Source: Vicugna vicugna (lineage: Eukaryota). From it: 64,000 bases of DNA. The translations under genes and the position numbers were made by a program. Every line of letters starts with the position of its first letter. Within the stretch, counting starts at the first letter, position 1. Positions 26,564 through 37,487 of the stretch are shown here, one piece after another. The notes below the pieces were generated by a model. That model did not search any database. It saw nothing but the letters and a program-made list of their open reading frames with translations, and was not told the origin of the DNA. The stretch is taken from positions 8,612,990-8,676,989 of the forward strand of contig MU059330.1 in NCBI GenBank assembly GCA_013265495.1, in the 5' to 3' direction.

Positions 26564-28097
26564 GTAAGCCACCCCCGCCCTGCCCACTGCCCGACGTCGG
26601 GACGAATGCACCCTTTTCCTTGATGGAGAAATGTTGGAATTGATGAAGTCACATCACAATAGGCACCCGCACTGCTGAGGGTGAACTGACTTCATAACAC
26701 GTTGTCCTACAGGGGAACACTTCACACCTTCGAGTAGTTAACTAGTCACAGAAACTGCTGATAACCAAGCTTTCTTGACATGTGTAACCAGGTAACTGGA
26801 TCCGACATTCTGCTGCTGATAATCAGGGTGGGGAACCAGGAGAGACTTTGTGAAATTGCTTCATAGGAAGACCCCCCCAGGACCGTGAGCCAGGGGGTCC
26901 GGGCTGGAAGCTGGCAGGCACAGGGGCCCCGGGGATGCCCAGCAGTGGCTTCTCCATCCAAGAGTCAGCTTTGTTTTCTCACCTAAAGTACCACTCGGGA
27001 TGAAAAGGAGACACTCGCCTCTGAGTCTAACTTCGACTTTGAGACACTCATTTATACATATATTTCTAACTTGCTCCTGCAGATTCTTCTGGAAGGTCCC
27101 ATTTATATTGAAAAGTGCCTAAGACCCAATTGTCAGTCATTCCCAAAATGAACACTTCACATATTTCTAAGGAAAAATTGTACTCTTTAAAATGGATCAA
27201 AACACAAGTTTGGTTTCTGAATTTTCCCCTAACTGCAGACAACGCTTAAATTTAAAAAAAGGAAAAAAGCCAACTGCATAGAACAAAATCTTTTTTTATG
27301 TTATTGATATTTCATAAATAATATTGAGTTCATTTTTTAACCTCCTTACTTAAAATATGAGTGTCAGTCCTCTCTTTTCACACATCTGTAGGCCTAGGTA
27401 AATTTAACAAAATCCTAGTGAATCTTCCACTTTGAGGTGAAGTGACCTTAGCTGGCCCATCCTTGGGCCTTGACCCAGACTTGTGCATTGATCGTGTGTG
27501 CTTCAGTAACAGAAAACACAGGATAAAATGAATTCTGCCACAAGCACAGCCTGCCTTTGGTGCACTGACCACGCAGAATTGTTTTCATAGCAGCAGAGAA
27601 AGTGCCTGTAGTAGCTTGAACCCCCTTTCAGCATCCAGGGCTTTCTCATGGGCACACCGTCATCTCTTTTGTCCGAGCTCTGAGACCTGGAGGAATTTTG
27701 CTGGGCGGCATTTGAGGGTCGCTCTTCACAGTGAGCATGACCCTATAGGAGTGGTGTCTGCAGTGATAATTTCTCCCCGGACGGTGGAAAGAAGGGCCGT
27801 GCACAGCCAGACCTCATGGATTGGCTTAGAGTGTCTAATACAGTTACTTTAGAGCATTAAAATAATGTGGGTTTTAGAAAATGTATTTTAAGCGATTATT
27901 TCTAATCAAAGATGTACGAGTTCTTTTATTCATGCTCCTGGACTGGTCAGAAGACACAAGTCCATCTTATTTATACACAGACCCATTAAAAACACCACAC
28001 GGGAACTTAAAGTAACACAGAGAAGCCGACAGTGCTTCCAGGATGGTTGATCTTAGTGGGCATTTTTGCCACATCTCCCCTCTTCCTGCCACTGCAG

Positions 28098-28253
28098 AGA
28101 GCTGGTCGGAGTGGTCAGACTGGTCCGAGTGTGATGTGTCTGGGGTCCAGGTCCGCGTCCGCCAGTGCATCCTGCTGTTCCCCGTGGGCAGCCAGTGTTC
28201 CGGAAACACCTCGGAGAGCCGGCCGTGTGTTTTTGATTCCAATTTCATCCCAG
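28098..28253 (+). CDS. SEMA5A: SEMA5A coding exon (last TSP1 repeat: ESWSEWSDWSECDVSGVQVRVRQCILLFPVGSQCSGNTSESRPCVFDSNFIP)
   Basis: Acceptor tcttcctgccactgcag, donor CAG|gtaagg; 156 nt, phase 1-1. Confidence 0.97.
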
Positions 28254-28980
28254 GTAAGGGGGTGGGGGTGGTGCTCATCCGTGTGAACAAAATTGTTTTC
28301 AGCATTTCAAGAGGAAACGATTCGTAGGTCGAAGTTTTTATCTGTTCTTTGAGGTCCTGTTTGGTGAAACAGTGGTGCTTCAGTCTTGTGGTTTCAAGGT
28401 GATCAGAGATTTGTGCGTAACTGCTGTTGTAGATTTTAATTTAGGCCATAAGTTTTAAGATTTTTAAGCACAGTGTCTTCTACAATTTATTGACTATAAC
28501 AGAGTCAGAATAGCTTGTTCAAAAAATGAAAGTTTGGCTGTTTTAATATTAGGTTAAATGCTTTGGCAATGCTGTGCGTACGTGTGTGCACAGAGGGAAA
28601 ACGGCCATTCTCATCACACAACCTCAGTGTATTAGGGAAAGTGGAAACCTGTCCTTGGCGTCATCTTGGAGAAGAGGCTGGCTGGCCCTGTTGCCACAGG
28701 CTTTCCCGTGTGAAATCGATGATTAGTTATCAGTGAAGGTCCGTCACCTGTCGCATGCTTACCGGAGGCCTGGTCCTGGGCACTTATAAATCACTTCACA
28801 TATGCCCACTGTGCGCCTTAGGACTCCCACAGGGACCAAAGCAGAGACCAGCTTCTTACAAGGTTATAAATAATAGCTTGTTTTCCTCTATTTATGGAAA
28901 AGGTAATAATATTTTAGAAAAAGCTATAAGCTTCACCTCAAGTCTCCTGTGGCCTAGAACTGCAAGAGGATTTATTGGGG

Positions 28981-29121
28981 TTTTTAAATTTTTTTTTGTT
29001 TCGTCTTTTGGGGGAGTAATTAGGTTTTTTTTTTATTTATTTAATGGAGATACAGGAGATTGAACCCGTGCCCTCATGCATGCAAAGCGTACACTCCACC
29101 ACTGAGCTATATCCTCCCCCC
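28981..29121 (-). mobile_element. Vic-1-type camelid SINE (tRNA-derived), full length
   Basis: The reverse complement reads GGGGGAGGATATAGCTCAGTGGTGGAGTGTACGCTTTGCATGCATGAGGGCACGGGTTCAATCTCC...AAATAAATAA...CCTAATTACTCCCCC plus an A-rich tail, with A and B boxes. Confidence 0.88.
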
Positions 29122-29150
29122 TCTGAAAGGTCCCTTTCCTAAGCATATGT

Positions 29151-29283
29151 TCTTTTTTTATAGTGGGGGGGGGAGATGCTTACAGGGAGGAAATTAGGTT
29201 TATTTATTTATGTATTTTTTTAATGGGGATACTGGGGATTGAACCCAGGACCTTGTACATGCGAAGCATGCTATGCCCTCCCC
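29151..29283 (-). mobile_element. Second Vic-1-type SINE with the A box deleted
   Basis: The reverse complement reads GGGGAGGGCATAGCATGCTTCGCATGTACAAGGTCCTGGGTTCAATCCCCAGTATCCCCATT...AAATAAATAAACCTAATTTCCTCCC. Confidence 0.85.
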
Positions 29284-29960
29284 ACCCTCAGAGTGTTTAT
29301 TATTGTTGCTTCCTTTGTAACCGGAGACATATTTTTAATTCTTGTTATTGAACAGAAGATCAGTACAGGAGAGGGTAGCCTTCCTGGACTCCTGGAATGG
29401 TGTTTATCCTTGGGGGTCTGACGTTTGTGTGGATCTCTCCTTTTACTGGCGTCTTACTTGTGGGTTTCACATGGGGCGTGGCCAAGAGCACGAACGGGCT
29501 CTGTCACAAGTTGTGACCGCTTCCTCTGAGTTCTGGGGGAGTGGCCCCCCACTATAGGGAAAGTGACAGTACTGGCTTTGATGAGACAAAACCTCTGAGG
29601 CAGGAACCCCAGGCAGACACGTAGGTTTCCACAGCTGGCAGAATACATTGTAACAGAAAGTCAGCACATACTCTGGCCTTGTTTTGAAACTAGTGCCCTG
29701 GTTTTGCCCAAGAGACCACAGCATTTTCTTTTTGTGATAATGAATTTCATCCCTTCCCAATCAAGGTGACCTTGACCAAACACATCTGCAGTTGATTAAA
29801 ACGAACAAACACATATTATTTTTTAAAAAATAATCTGGCTTTTGGAAACTCTGACTCACTTAAAACTCAAACTCATTAGACATTTTATAAGTGAATCATT
29901 ACTGCACTCTTCCTCCACAACTCCCTTTACACATTGTGATTGATTATTTGTCTTTTCCAG

Positions 29961-30008
29961 AAGTATCCGTGGCAAGATCCAGCAGCGTAGAAGAGAAAAG
30001 GTGTGGAG
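29961..30008 (+). CDS. SEMA5A: SEMA5A 48-nt juxtamembrane stalk exon (EVSVARSSSVEEKRCG)
   Basis: Acceptor ttgtcttttccag, donor GAG|gtaagt; 48 nt, phase 1-1. Confidence 0.95.
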
Positions 30009-30192
30009 GTAAGTTCTTCTTTTTAATCAATTTCTGGTGTATTTCTGACATTTTCCAATCATTTCTCTTCCTGCGTGTTTTGTATAATGTTTCTGCTATT
30101 GGCTCAGGAAAACAGGCTGGGGAAACTCTTGGACCCAAACACCATCTATTTCAACAGCACAGATGCCAGGAGTACACATTTGACATCTGGAT

Positions 30193-30380
30193 CAGTGGTT
30201 CTCAAGCCTGGTCCTCACACAGCATCATCAGTATCACGTGGGAACTCACTAGGCATGCAGATTCCCAGGCCTTGCCTCAATCTGTGGACTCAGAACCTCT
30301 CTGAGTGGGGCCCAGCGCTCTGTGGCTTAATTAGCCCTTCAGGTGATGCTGGTGGCTATAAGCTTTATGATCCAGGGACC
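30193..30380 (+). mobile_element. MER5A (hAT-Charlie MITE)
   Basis: cagtggttctcaa...catcatcagtatcacgtgggaact...gtggggcccagc...ccttcaggtgatgctg. Confidence 0.85.
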
Positions 30381-31599
30381 TAGGCATTAGCTGCAGTTAG
30401 ATTTCCCATGAGTAAAACAGAATTCAGCCATCATATTTGTATAGTTTGGATAGTACACATCCAAGGCAGCCAGCCTCAAACCTCCAAACTGCCGAAATGA
30501 CGAAATAGCACGATTTTACGATGGGAACAAGGACATAGCCTATATCTCTAGAGGTATTTTTCAAACTTCCTGCAACCCTGAATGACAGAAGTCACGTTGT
30601 CTGGCTCAATCCCGTGACGCTTTTGGACTTTCCCATCTAGTCTAGTTCAGTCCTGGCTGGCTGGGAGGGGCTGGCTGTCCATCAGTCAGAGCCCAGCCCT
30701 GGTCCACCTTTGGTGCTCAGAGCCCAACATCCACACACAAGACCAGTGTCTTCCCACATGCGGCCAATGACTAGACAGCACCGTTCCCAGCACGATCCAT
30801 TCCAGACAGTGCAACTCAGCTGGCTTTGGTCTCTCCTTACGTTCAGAAGGAATCTGCAGTTTAATAGGTGTGTTTCAGGAATTATGTGCTGTTATTAATG
30901 ACATTAAGAGCCCACTATCTGTTACACTCCGTTTGGTCAGCCACCTGTTAACCCATTTGTTCAGTCATCTTTGCTGAGCGCCCACTCCGTGCCAGTTTTG
31001 TGAGGGGTGTTGATCTTCCCGTGGGGACTCTAGAACCAAAAGTCACAGCCCAGGAGAGCCTGGTGCCTGAGAAAGGCGATGTCTGGTGCCTGACGTGAGT
31101 CTGTTCAGTGAGTTCACAGACTGGCAGCCGCTCCCTTGGGGTCCAGCTGCAAGACGAATATTGACGAGTTCTCATAAAAATAATTGCAGCCTTGAGTGCC
31201 CCTTAATAGTTCTAGATCAGTCGTTCTGTGCCACCTTATAAAATGACAAGAGGTATCCTGTGTGGTCCTCACAGAGAGCCTTCGTGTGGACACCAGAGCT
31301 CACGGCTCTTTGCACAGAACCCCTGGGGAGAGAGGAGGGTTTGGAAGTGAGCGTTTTTCAGATTACAGATGGGGAACGTGGGACACACACTGCATATCCG
31401 GGGACCATGCTCCGTGACCCAGCTCTTGAGCAATGTCGCTGTGAAATGTGGGTGACGTGAGGCCTGCTGCCGACTGTCCCCCCTGGCAGTTCTGGTTGGC
31501 TCTGTAGCCAAAGGTCCGGTCAGGTCAGGCTGCGCTGCAGGTGAGGGACGAAAAATGATTTTGAGAGATTTGGGTTTGGGGGTTGCAGGAAAGGGGTAA

Positions 31600-31710
31600 C
31601 AGCCACACCTTTTCATCTGCGTTTTATAAATAAGGATCGTGAGGGTCAGAGAGCCGAGGTTCCACAAACAGCCCAGGTGGAGCTGACTTTGGATCCAGGC
31701 AGTGGGATCC
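31600..31710 (-). mobile_element. MIR fragment
   Basis: catctgcgttttataaataaggatcgtgagggtcagagag resembles the reverse-complemented MIR core. Confidence 0.45.
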
Positions 31711-34105
31711 CAGTGTGAGCTTCGAGCCCGGAGCACCACAGGGGAAGGGTCCTGGTACAGAGCACCCCGGAGGATGGTGTCTGGGCTGTGCCACCACAGC
31801 AGCCCTGGCCAGGTGACACTCTTGGGCAACACTTGGGACCCAGTGGAGCAGAGTTCGCAAGGAGTGGTCCTGTCCCGAGGGAGGTCAGGGCAGAGCCTGG
31901 GGGCAGCCGGCTGCCACCTCCCCAGAGTGACTGGCTGCCTCCGACCGCTTTCCTTGGCCAGCCCTCTCCGGGTTAGGATGTGGGCGCTCTTCCCAAGGCC
32001 CCGAGGATCCAGAAAGATGTGATGCAAAAAGCCCACCTCCTTCCTCCAGCGCTGCGTGTTCGGACCAGCTGTGCCAACGGCTTCAACCGCAGCAAGCCTC
32101 CAGGTGCTGGGAGTATATCTCAGACACTGTCATTGCTCTGCAACCTTCAGAGCCGATTGCTTAGTTCTTCAGGCTGCTGACACTGACGCCCCAGAGTAGG
32201 CGGGTTAAGAGGTCAGAGGGGGCTAACTGTGGGACTGGCAGGCAAAAGCAGCTACCTAGCAAGGACGTTTGGGGATGTTGAGGGGACAACATAGATGTCT
32301 TTTTCCAGTTTGTGGAAAAATCAGTCCAACTTTGCACAGAAAAGCAGCCAGTTGAACCAACTGGGTCATTGGTCTCTAGCTTTACTGACCAAAAACAACA
32401 GCAAAAATCATCTTCAAAGCAAAGAGCCACATTAAGCAGATTCAAGAGACTTAATAGGCACGATTTTTCCCTTGTGCAGAAGAATGTAGGCCTATTGAAA
32501 TGTTTCCACTTAGAGAGCTATTTTTAGTTGCATGAGACACAAAGACAATATATTTCTCATAAAGATGTCAGCTGGCCCCCGCCTTCCCCAGGCACCTGCG
32601 GAAATGATTCATTTGACTAATGACCCAGCGTCTGCATATGGAGAGAGTCGTACATCTTCCATAGGTTACAATATAATATGTTATCAGTGCAGCAGAAGTG
32701 CATTTATCTGTACGTGGCACTGACCCTGGGGAGTCCAAAGCACTGAAAGATGGAGAAATGGCAACTCGTGTGAGATCCTCTCTTGCTTATCTCGAGGGCA
32801 GCTTCAGGGAAGAGGAGAAGCTTCTAGCGGCTGCAGGTGGAACGGCCCCTGGACGCTTTACCCAGCCTGCCCAGGTTGGGCCGTCCAGCCCGAGAGGCTT
32901 CAGACAAAATCAGGAAAGGCCAGAGATTTATGCATTCCTTTCACTGTGTTAAACCAACGACCACATGATAGAGAAGTGAAAACCTGAGGTGGGGTCAGGG
33001 AGTGGGTGATGCTTGTGGAATGTTTCGTCCTCCTGGATTGTTCAGTCCCTGGTGCTGAAGATACTGAGGCCTGAGTTAGGAACCACCGTGTATAGAGTCT
33101 CCATATGGGTGGGAGGGATTTGATCATGGCTCACAGTGAGCAGAGGAGGAGGCTGCCTCTCTGCACGGTGTCATCCGCCTTGTGAAGCAAATCCATCTCC
33201 CAGGGCCCCAGGGCCCTGGAACACGGTGTCCGAGGCAGCAACAGAGCACAGCTTAGAGGGAGCAGCTTGGGAGTTTCGGGCTGGATGAGGGATACATCTG
33301 GGCATCAAAGACATCTCAGAGAGTCCTCAGGGAGGTGCCAGGTGATTAAGGGGCAAACATTCCAGGACCTGGATGCAGGAGACAAATTCTCAGGTCTCTG
33401 TCCCCGAGTGCCCTGGGACAGAGTCCCTGTGGGGCCCAGTGAACTCACCTGGCATCCACAGTGGTGCCCAGCAGGCATCTTTAGTGCCAGGTGGACAGGT
33501 AGGGGAGGCAACAGTGACACTGGGCCCTCTGGGTTCATGGAGGGGACATCTTGGGAGAAAAGCCAAACCCTCAGGCTATGCCCTATGCAGTGGAGACATA
33601 AGGCCAGTAACCCTCAGGCGACCGGGTAGCTATACGGAGCCAACACAGCCTAGAGAAAATGAGGTCCCGTTGTGCTTTGCCTGGTTGTCAGTAATCTCAG
33701 CTTCATGGGCACTGCTTGGATGTTGTCTTTATTCCCTGAAAGGCTTAATGCTTTGATGGTAAAGGGTTTTACCAACGCACAGTGAACATCTTTCTTTTTC
33801 TCTCTTGCTGTTCTTTCTCAGAGATTAAGCAGGTCTTGGTTATGGTATCTTGATGTCACTCAAACCAATCCTATATTCGAGACATAAGTCCGTGTCAGTC
33901 CATTTTCTTCAACCGTTTGTATTTGTAACTCAAAGAAAATAAAGAGGCTATTAAGTAGGGAAAAAACCCTATGGAAAAAAGAGGGTCATTTCATGACCAT
34001 TGAAAGATCATATGCCTTGATTTCTTTGGAGTAAACCATTTTCTTTACAAGGTCTCCAAAATACAATGTTAGTGGAAAAAAACAGTACCCAGGATAATAT
34101 TTGTG

Positions 34106-34129
34106 CACACACACACACACACACACACA
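34106..34129. repeat. (CA)12 microsatellite
   Basis: Read directly. Confidence 0.95.
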
Positions 34130-34805
34130 TCATGCAAGTGTGCAGAGACTCTCCTGGAAAGCACAGGAGAAGGTGTCGCAGAACCTCCCTCCAGGAGAGA
34201 CGAGAGACGTACTCTTGTGTACCTTTCTGCACGTGCTAATGTTACGCAATATGTGCACATTCATGTTCCAAACGTGTGAGGGAACACATAAGGATGATGT
34301 AGCTGGAGCGCCTGTGTAAGTGAAATGATAAAGGAGAGGAGAAAACAGTCCATCTTGCAGGTGAGCAGTGATTGGAAGCAGTAAGTGCCTCCTGGCTTCG
34401 TTCCTGGGACACAGCCATGCCGCGTGCAGGGACCCTCAGACTGTTGGGAGCACGGAAAACAGGTCCCCTAGAAACCCCGTAGGCCATAGCTCAGGCTGCG
34501 CTTGGACCGAAAGAACTGTCTTGTTTAATCTTGTAAAGAAGAAAAAACCCTCTGCTGGCGCATCAAGGTGATCTCCAAAAGACGGGTTATAATTCCTAAC
34601 AGCGTTGACTTAAACTATGCTGTGCCCAGTGCAGAGAAGTGTCTTGGTGGCTGTGACATTTCAGAGGGAGGTCGTATGATTCCTGAGTTCGGGGACGGGT
34701 GTGGGGCTCTCCGCCATGTCCCGTTCTGCTCTGCGCGCACTGCGCTGTGGACGAGCGCGTTCTCCCCCGGGGTTGGCCTCACTCTCCGTGACGCTGTCTC
34801 CCCAG

Positions 34806-35017
34806 AGTTCAACATGTTCCACATGATCGCCGTGGGGCTGAGCAGCTCCATCCTGGGCTGCCTCCTCACGCTGCTCGTCTACACCTACTGCCAGCGGTAC
34901 CAGCAGCAAGCCCACGACGCCACTGTCATCCACCCCGTCGCGCCCGCCCCTCTCAACACCAGCATAACCAACCACATCAACAAACTGGACAAGTACGACT
35001 CAGTGGAGGCCATCAAG
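34806..35017 (+). CDS. SEMA5A: SEMA5A transmembrane and proximal cytoplasmic exon (EFNMFHMIAVGLSSSILGCLLTLLVYTYCQRYQQQAHDATVIHPVAPAPLNTSITNHINKLDKYDSVEAIK)
   Basis: Acceptor gctgtctccccag, donor AAG|gtaagg; 212 nt, phase 1 to 0; hydrophobic helix MIAVGLSSSILGCLLTLLVYTYC. Confidence 0.97.
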
Positions 35018-35654
35018 GTAAGGGATGGGCAGCCCCTGCTGCAGCCAGGTGAGCAGAGAAGGCAGGTGGGCCCTGGGGGCTGTTGGCAAAGCTCAGGGGT
35101 GGTGGTGCAGATGACAGGGTTGGGGACAGGTAAGGGGCCTCCCTTGTGACGAACTGCCTTTCCAGCTTTGTTTTGCCCGTGAATGCGTGGCTCCCCATCT
35201 TGAGAACTCGGGTAAAATGGGACATGGAAACGGTAACAAGTAAAAAGCTAGAAAATGTTGGGTCACTGGTCACCACCCAGCTCTGCCTCCACTGTGCCTC
35301 CGCGTCCAAAGAGGGGTCTCGCCAAAGAGGAGAACTCGTGCTGAGGCCCTGCGCGCGCCGGGCAGGGGAACGAGGACCAGGCTTGGTCAGTCAGATACGC
35401 AGGTCCCAGCAGGCGTCACCAGCATGGCATCCTGAGAACAGCTGTCACGTTACTATAAAGACTCTCTTACACTTCTCAAGCACAATGAAGTGCCTGGTGC
35501 CCTGTGTGATGTAGAAGCGCTCTGAGACTGATGCGGGCGAGGTATTGTGTTAAATTTTCCCAGTGGACAATTAACCCGGTGTTTGACTGAGAAATCTAAA
35601 GTAAATGACCAGTCTCTTTCTCATTCAAAAGAAGAAGTGGGGTAGAAAGGGATG

Positions 35655-35950
35655 GACCCGACAAATCTGGGCTCATGAGTCCCTCACCGGCTGGATAGAC
35701 TGAGCCCAGGTGTCCACACTTACTGAGCCTCCATTTCCTCCCTGATAAATTGGAGATAATGAGAGTCAAATGGGGTAATTTATACACAGTGCCTGGCAAA
35801 ATAAAAGTGGTTTTTATTTGAGGCAGTTCACATCCTGCCTCAAAGTACAAGTTACTTACTTCTTTGAACCTCAGTTTCTTCCTTTTTAAATCAGACATAA
35901 AAATACACACCCCTGGATCATTGTCACGAGGTTTAAATGGACTAAGGGAC
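35655..35950 (+). mobile_element. Two adjacent MIR fragments
   Basis: cttactgagcctccatttcctccctgataaattggagataat and ttacttacttctttgaacctcagtttcttcctttttaaat are MIR core motifs. Confidence 0.7.
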
Positions 35951-36109
35951 CTGACGCCCAGGACCCAGCAAATGGCGGCTGTTGTTCTTATCTCGTCTGC
36001 ACAAGAGATCAGGCGTCTACACTGGGAGGACATCAGGGGTTCTTGTGTGCTGTACCAACCTCCCCACCTCCCGCGTGAATGCAGGGGGTTCTCATTAGCT
36101 AAGTTACTT

Positions 36110-36568
36110 GATTTTTTTTCTTGTTTTTTTCCTCTTTTTTCTCTTCTATTGTAGTTAATACACAATATTGTGTTAGTTTCAGGTGTACAGTAAAGTGATT
36201 CAGTTATACACTATATAGATATGTATATATATGTCCAATTATTTTCTGTGACATGTTATTACAAGATATTGAATATAGTTCCCTGTGCTCTACAGGAAAT
36301 CCTTGTTGTTTATCTATTTTATATGTTAGTCTGTATCCATTAATCTCATACCCTAATTTATCCCTTCCCTCCTTTCTCCTTTGGTTACCGTAAGTTTGAT
36401 TTCTATGTCTGTGAGTCTGTTTCTATTTTGTAAATAAGTTCATTTGTATTACTTTTTTAGATACACATATAAGTGATATATAATATTTGTCTCTCTCTGT
36501 CTGGCTTACTTCACTCAGTATGATCATCTCTAGGTCTATCCATGTTGCTGCAAAAGGCATTATTTCAT
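36110..36568 (-). mobile_element. L1 3' end, antisense (artiodactyl-type)
   Basis: caatattgtgttagtttcaggtgtacag...aatatagttccctgtgc...ctggcttacttcactcagtatgatc. Confidence 0.9.
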
Positions 36569-37318
36569 GAAGTTATCTAAACTTTGATATTCCTGTTAAG
36601 TTGGTGGTTACCCTTAATATTTCTAGGGAGCATTTTTATGCCCTCTCTCTTCTGTGATGGTTTCCTTTGAAATTCAGTTTTCTTCCCACATGGGAATATG
36701 GAATATCTCCAACCCTTACCACTTCAACTGGTTGGAAGGTCTTATGTCCCAGGAGCCTCAGTGTCCTCACTTGTTCCCCACTGCCATGAGGCCCCCCACT
36801 TGGACAGAAGCAGCGCCAATTCACTTTCACTCATGGACCCTGTGTACACTGGGATCCAGAATCCATCAGCACCTGTACTCATCAGATGACAGAGTCGGGG
36901 CATGAAGCGCCCAGAATGAATAACGCACCCCCTGCACCCTCTCAGCACCACGCTCCCAGAGGGCGAGGGGGAACGGGAGCTCCTACGAGCAAAAATCTTC
37001 AAGGAAGAAAACCTCCAGGACCTAAGAATGGGGCCTTTCTAAACATGGTTCCAACAAGAGTCTCTGCTCGTGGACACATTATATTTCAGCTTGAGTGTTT
37101 GTTGTGGGGGCATGGGGGAGCAGGCATTAAAATAAATATATTAATAAGTAGATTATACAGCATGTCAGGTGGTCACCAGTGTTGTGGTGAAAGGAAGCAT
37201 AGCAGCAGCTTCTCTGTGGTCTCTGTCACTTCAAGCATCTGGAGATACTTTAGCTGGTCTTCCATTCTCACTTACGATCCAGCAGCCACTGAAGATAATC
37301 AGAAGTCTTGCTGCTCTG

Positions 37319-37487
37319 CTTGTGGTGGCTCACAGCGAAAAAAAATGTGACAGTGAATGTATGTATGTCCGTGTATAACTGAAAAATTGTGCTCTACACT
37401 GGAATTTGAGACAAAATTGTAAAATGACTATAACTCAATAAAAAGTGTTTAAAAATAAATAAATAAATGAAAATAAATTTTAAAAAG
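37319..37487 (+). mobile_element. About 170-bp 5'-truncated L1 3' end with an 18-bp target-site duplication
   Basis: agaa(g/a)tcttgctgctctg at 37301-37318 and 37488-37505; the body aligns to the L1 tail at 1850-1980; A-rich tail with several AATAAA. Confidence 0.9.

Noticed and set aside
25951-26643. 230-aa ORF
   Set aside because: It is the 171-nt SEMA5A exon plus intron that happens to be open; the flanks have no protein-like features and there are clear splice sites.
26564-27100. Possible ortholog of human MIR4636, which I recall lying in a SEMA5A intron near here
   Set aside because: I found no near-perfect 80-nt hairpin and no match to the mature sequence as I recall it.
29041-29121. 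tRNA gene
   Set aside because: The tRNA-like head runs into a SINE body and A-rich tail, and a second degenerate copy is adjacent; it is a SINE.
31269-32036. 255-aa minus-strand ORF
   Set aside because: GC-rich intronic DNA overlapping a MIR fragment; no recognisable domain.
34568-35149. 193-aa ORF as an independent gene
   Set aside because: It contains the transmembrane exon; the upstream part is intron. Only the downstream extension is kept, as a splice-isoform lead.
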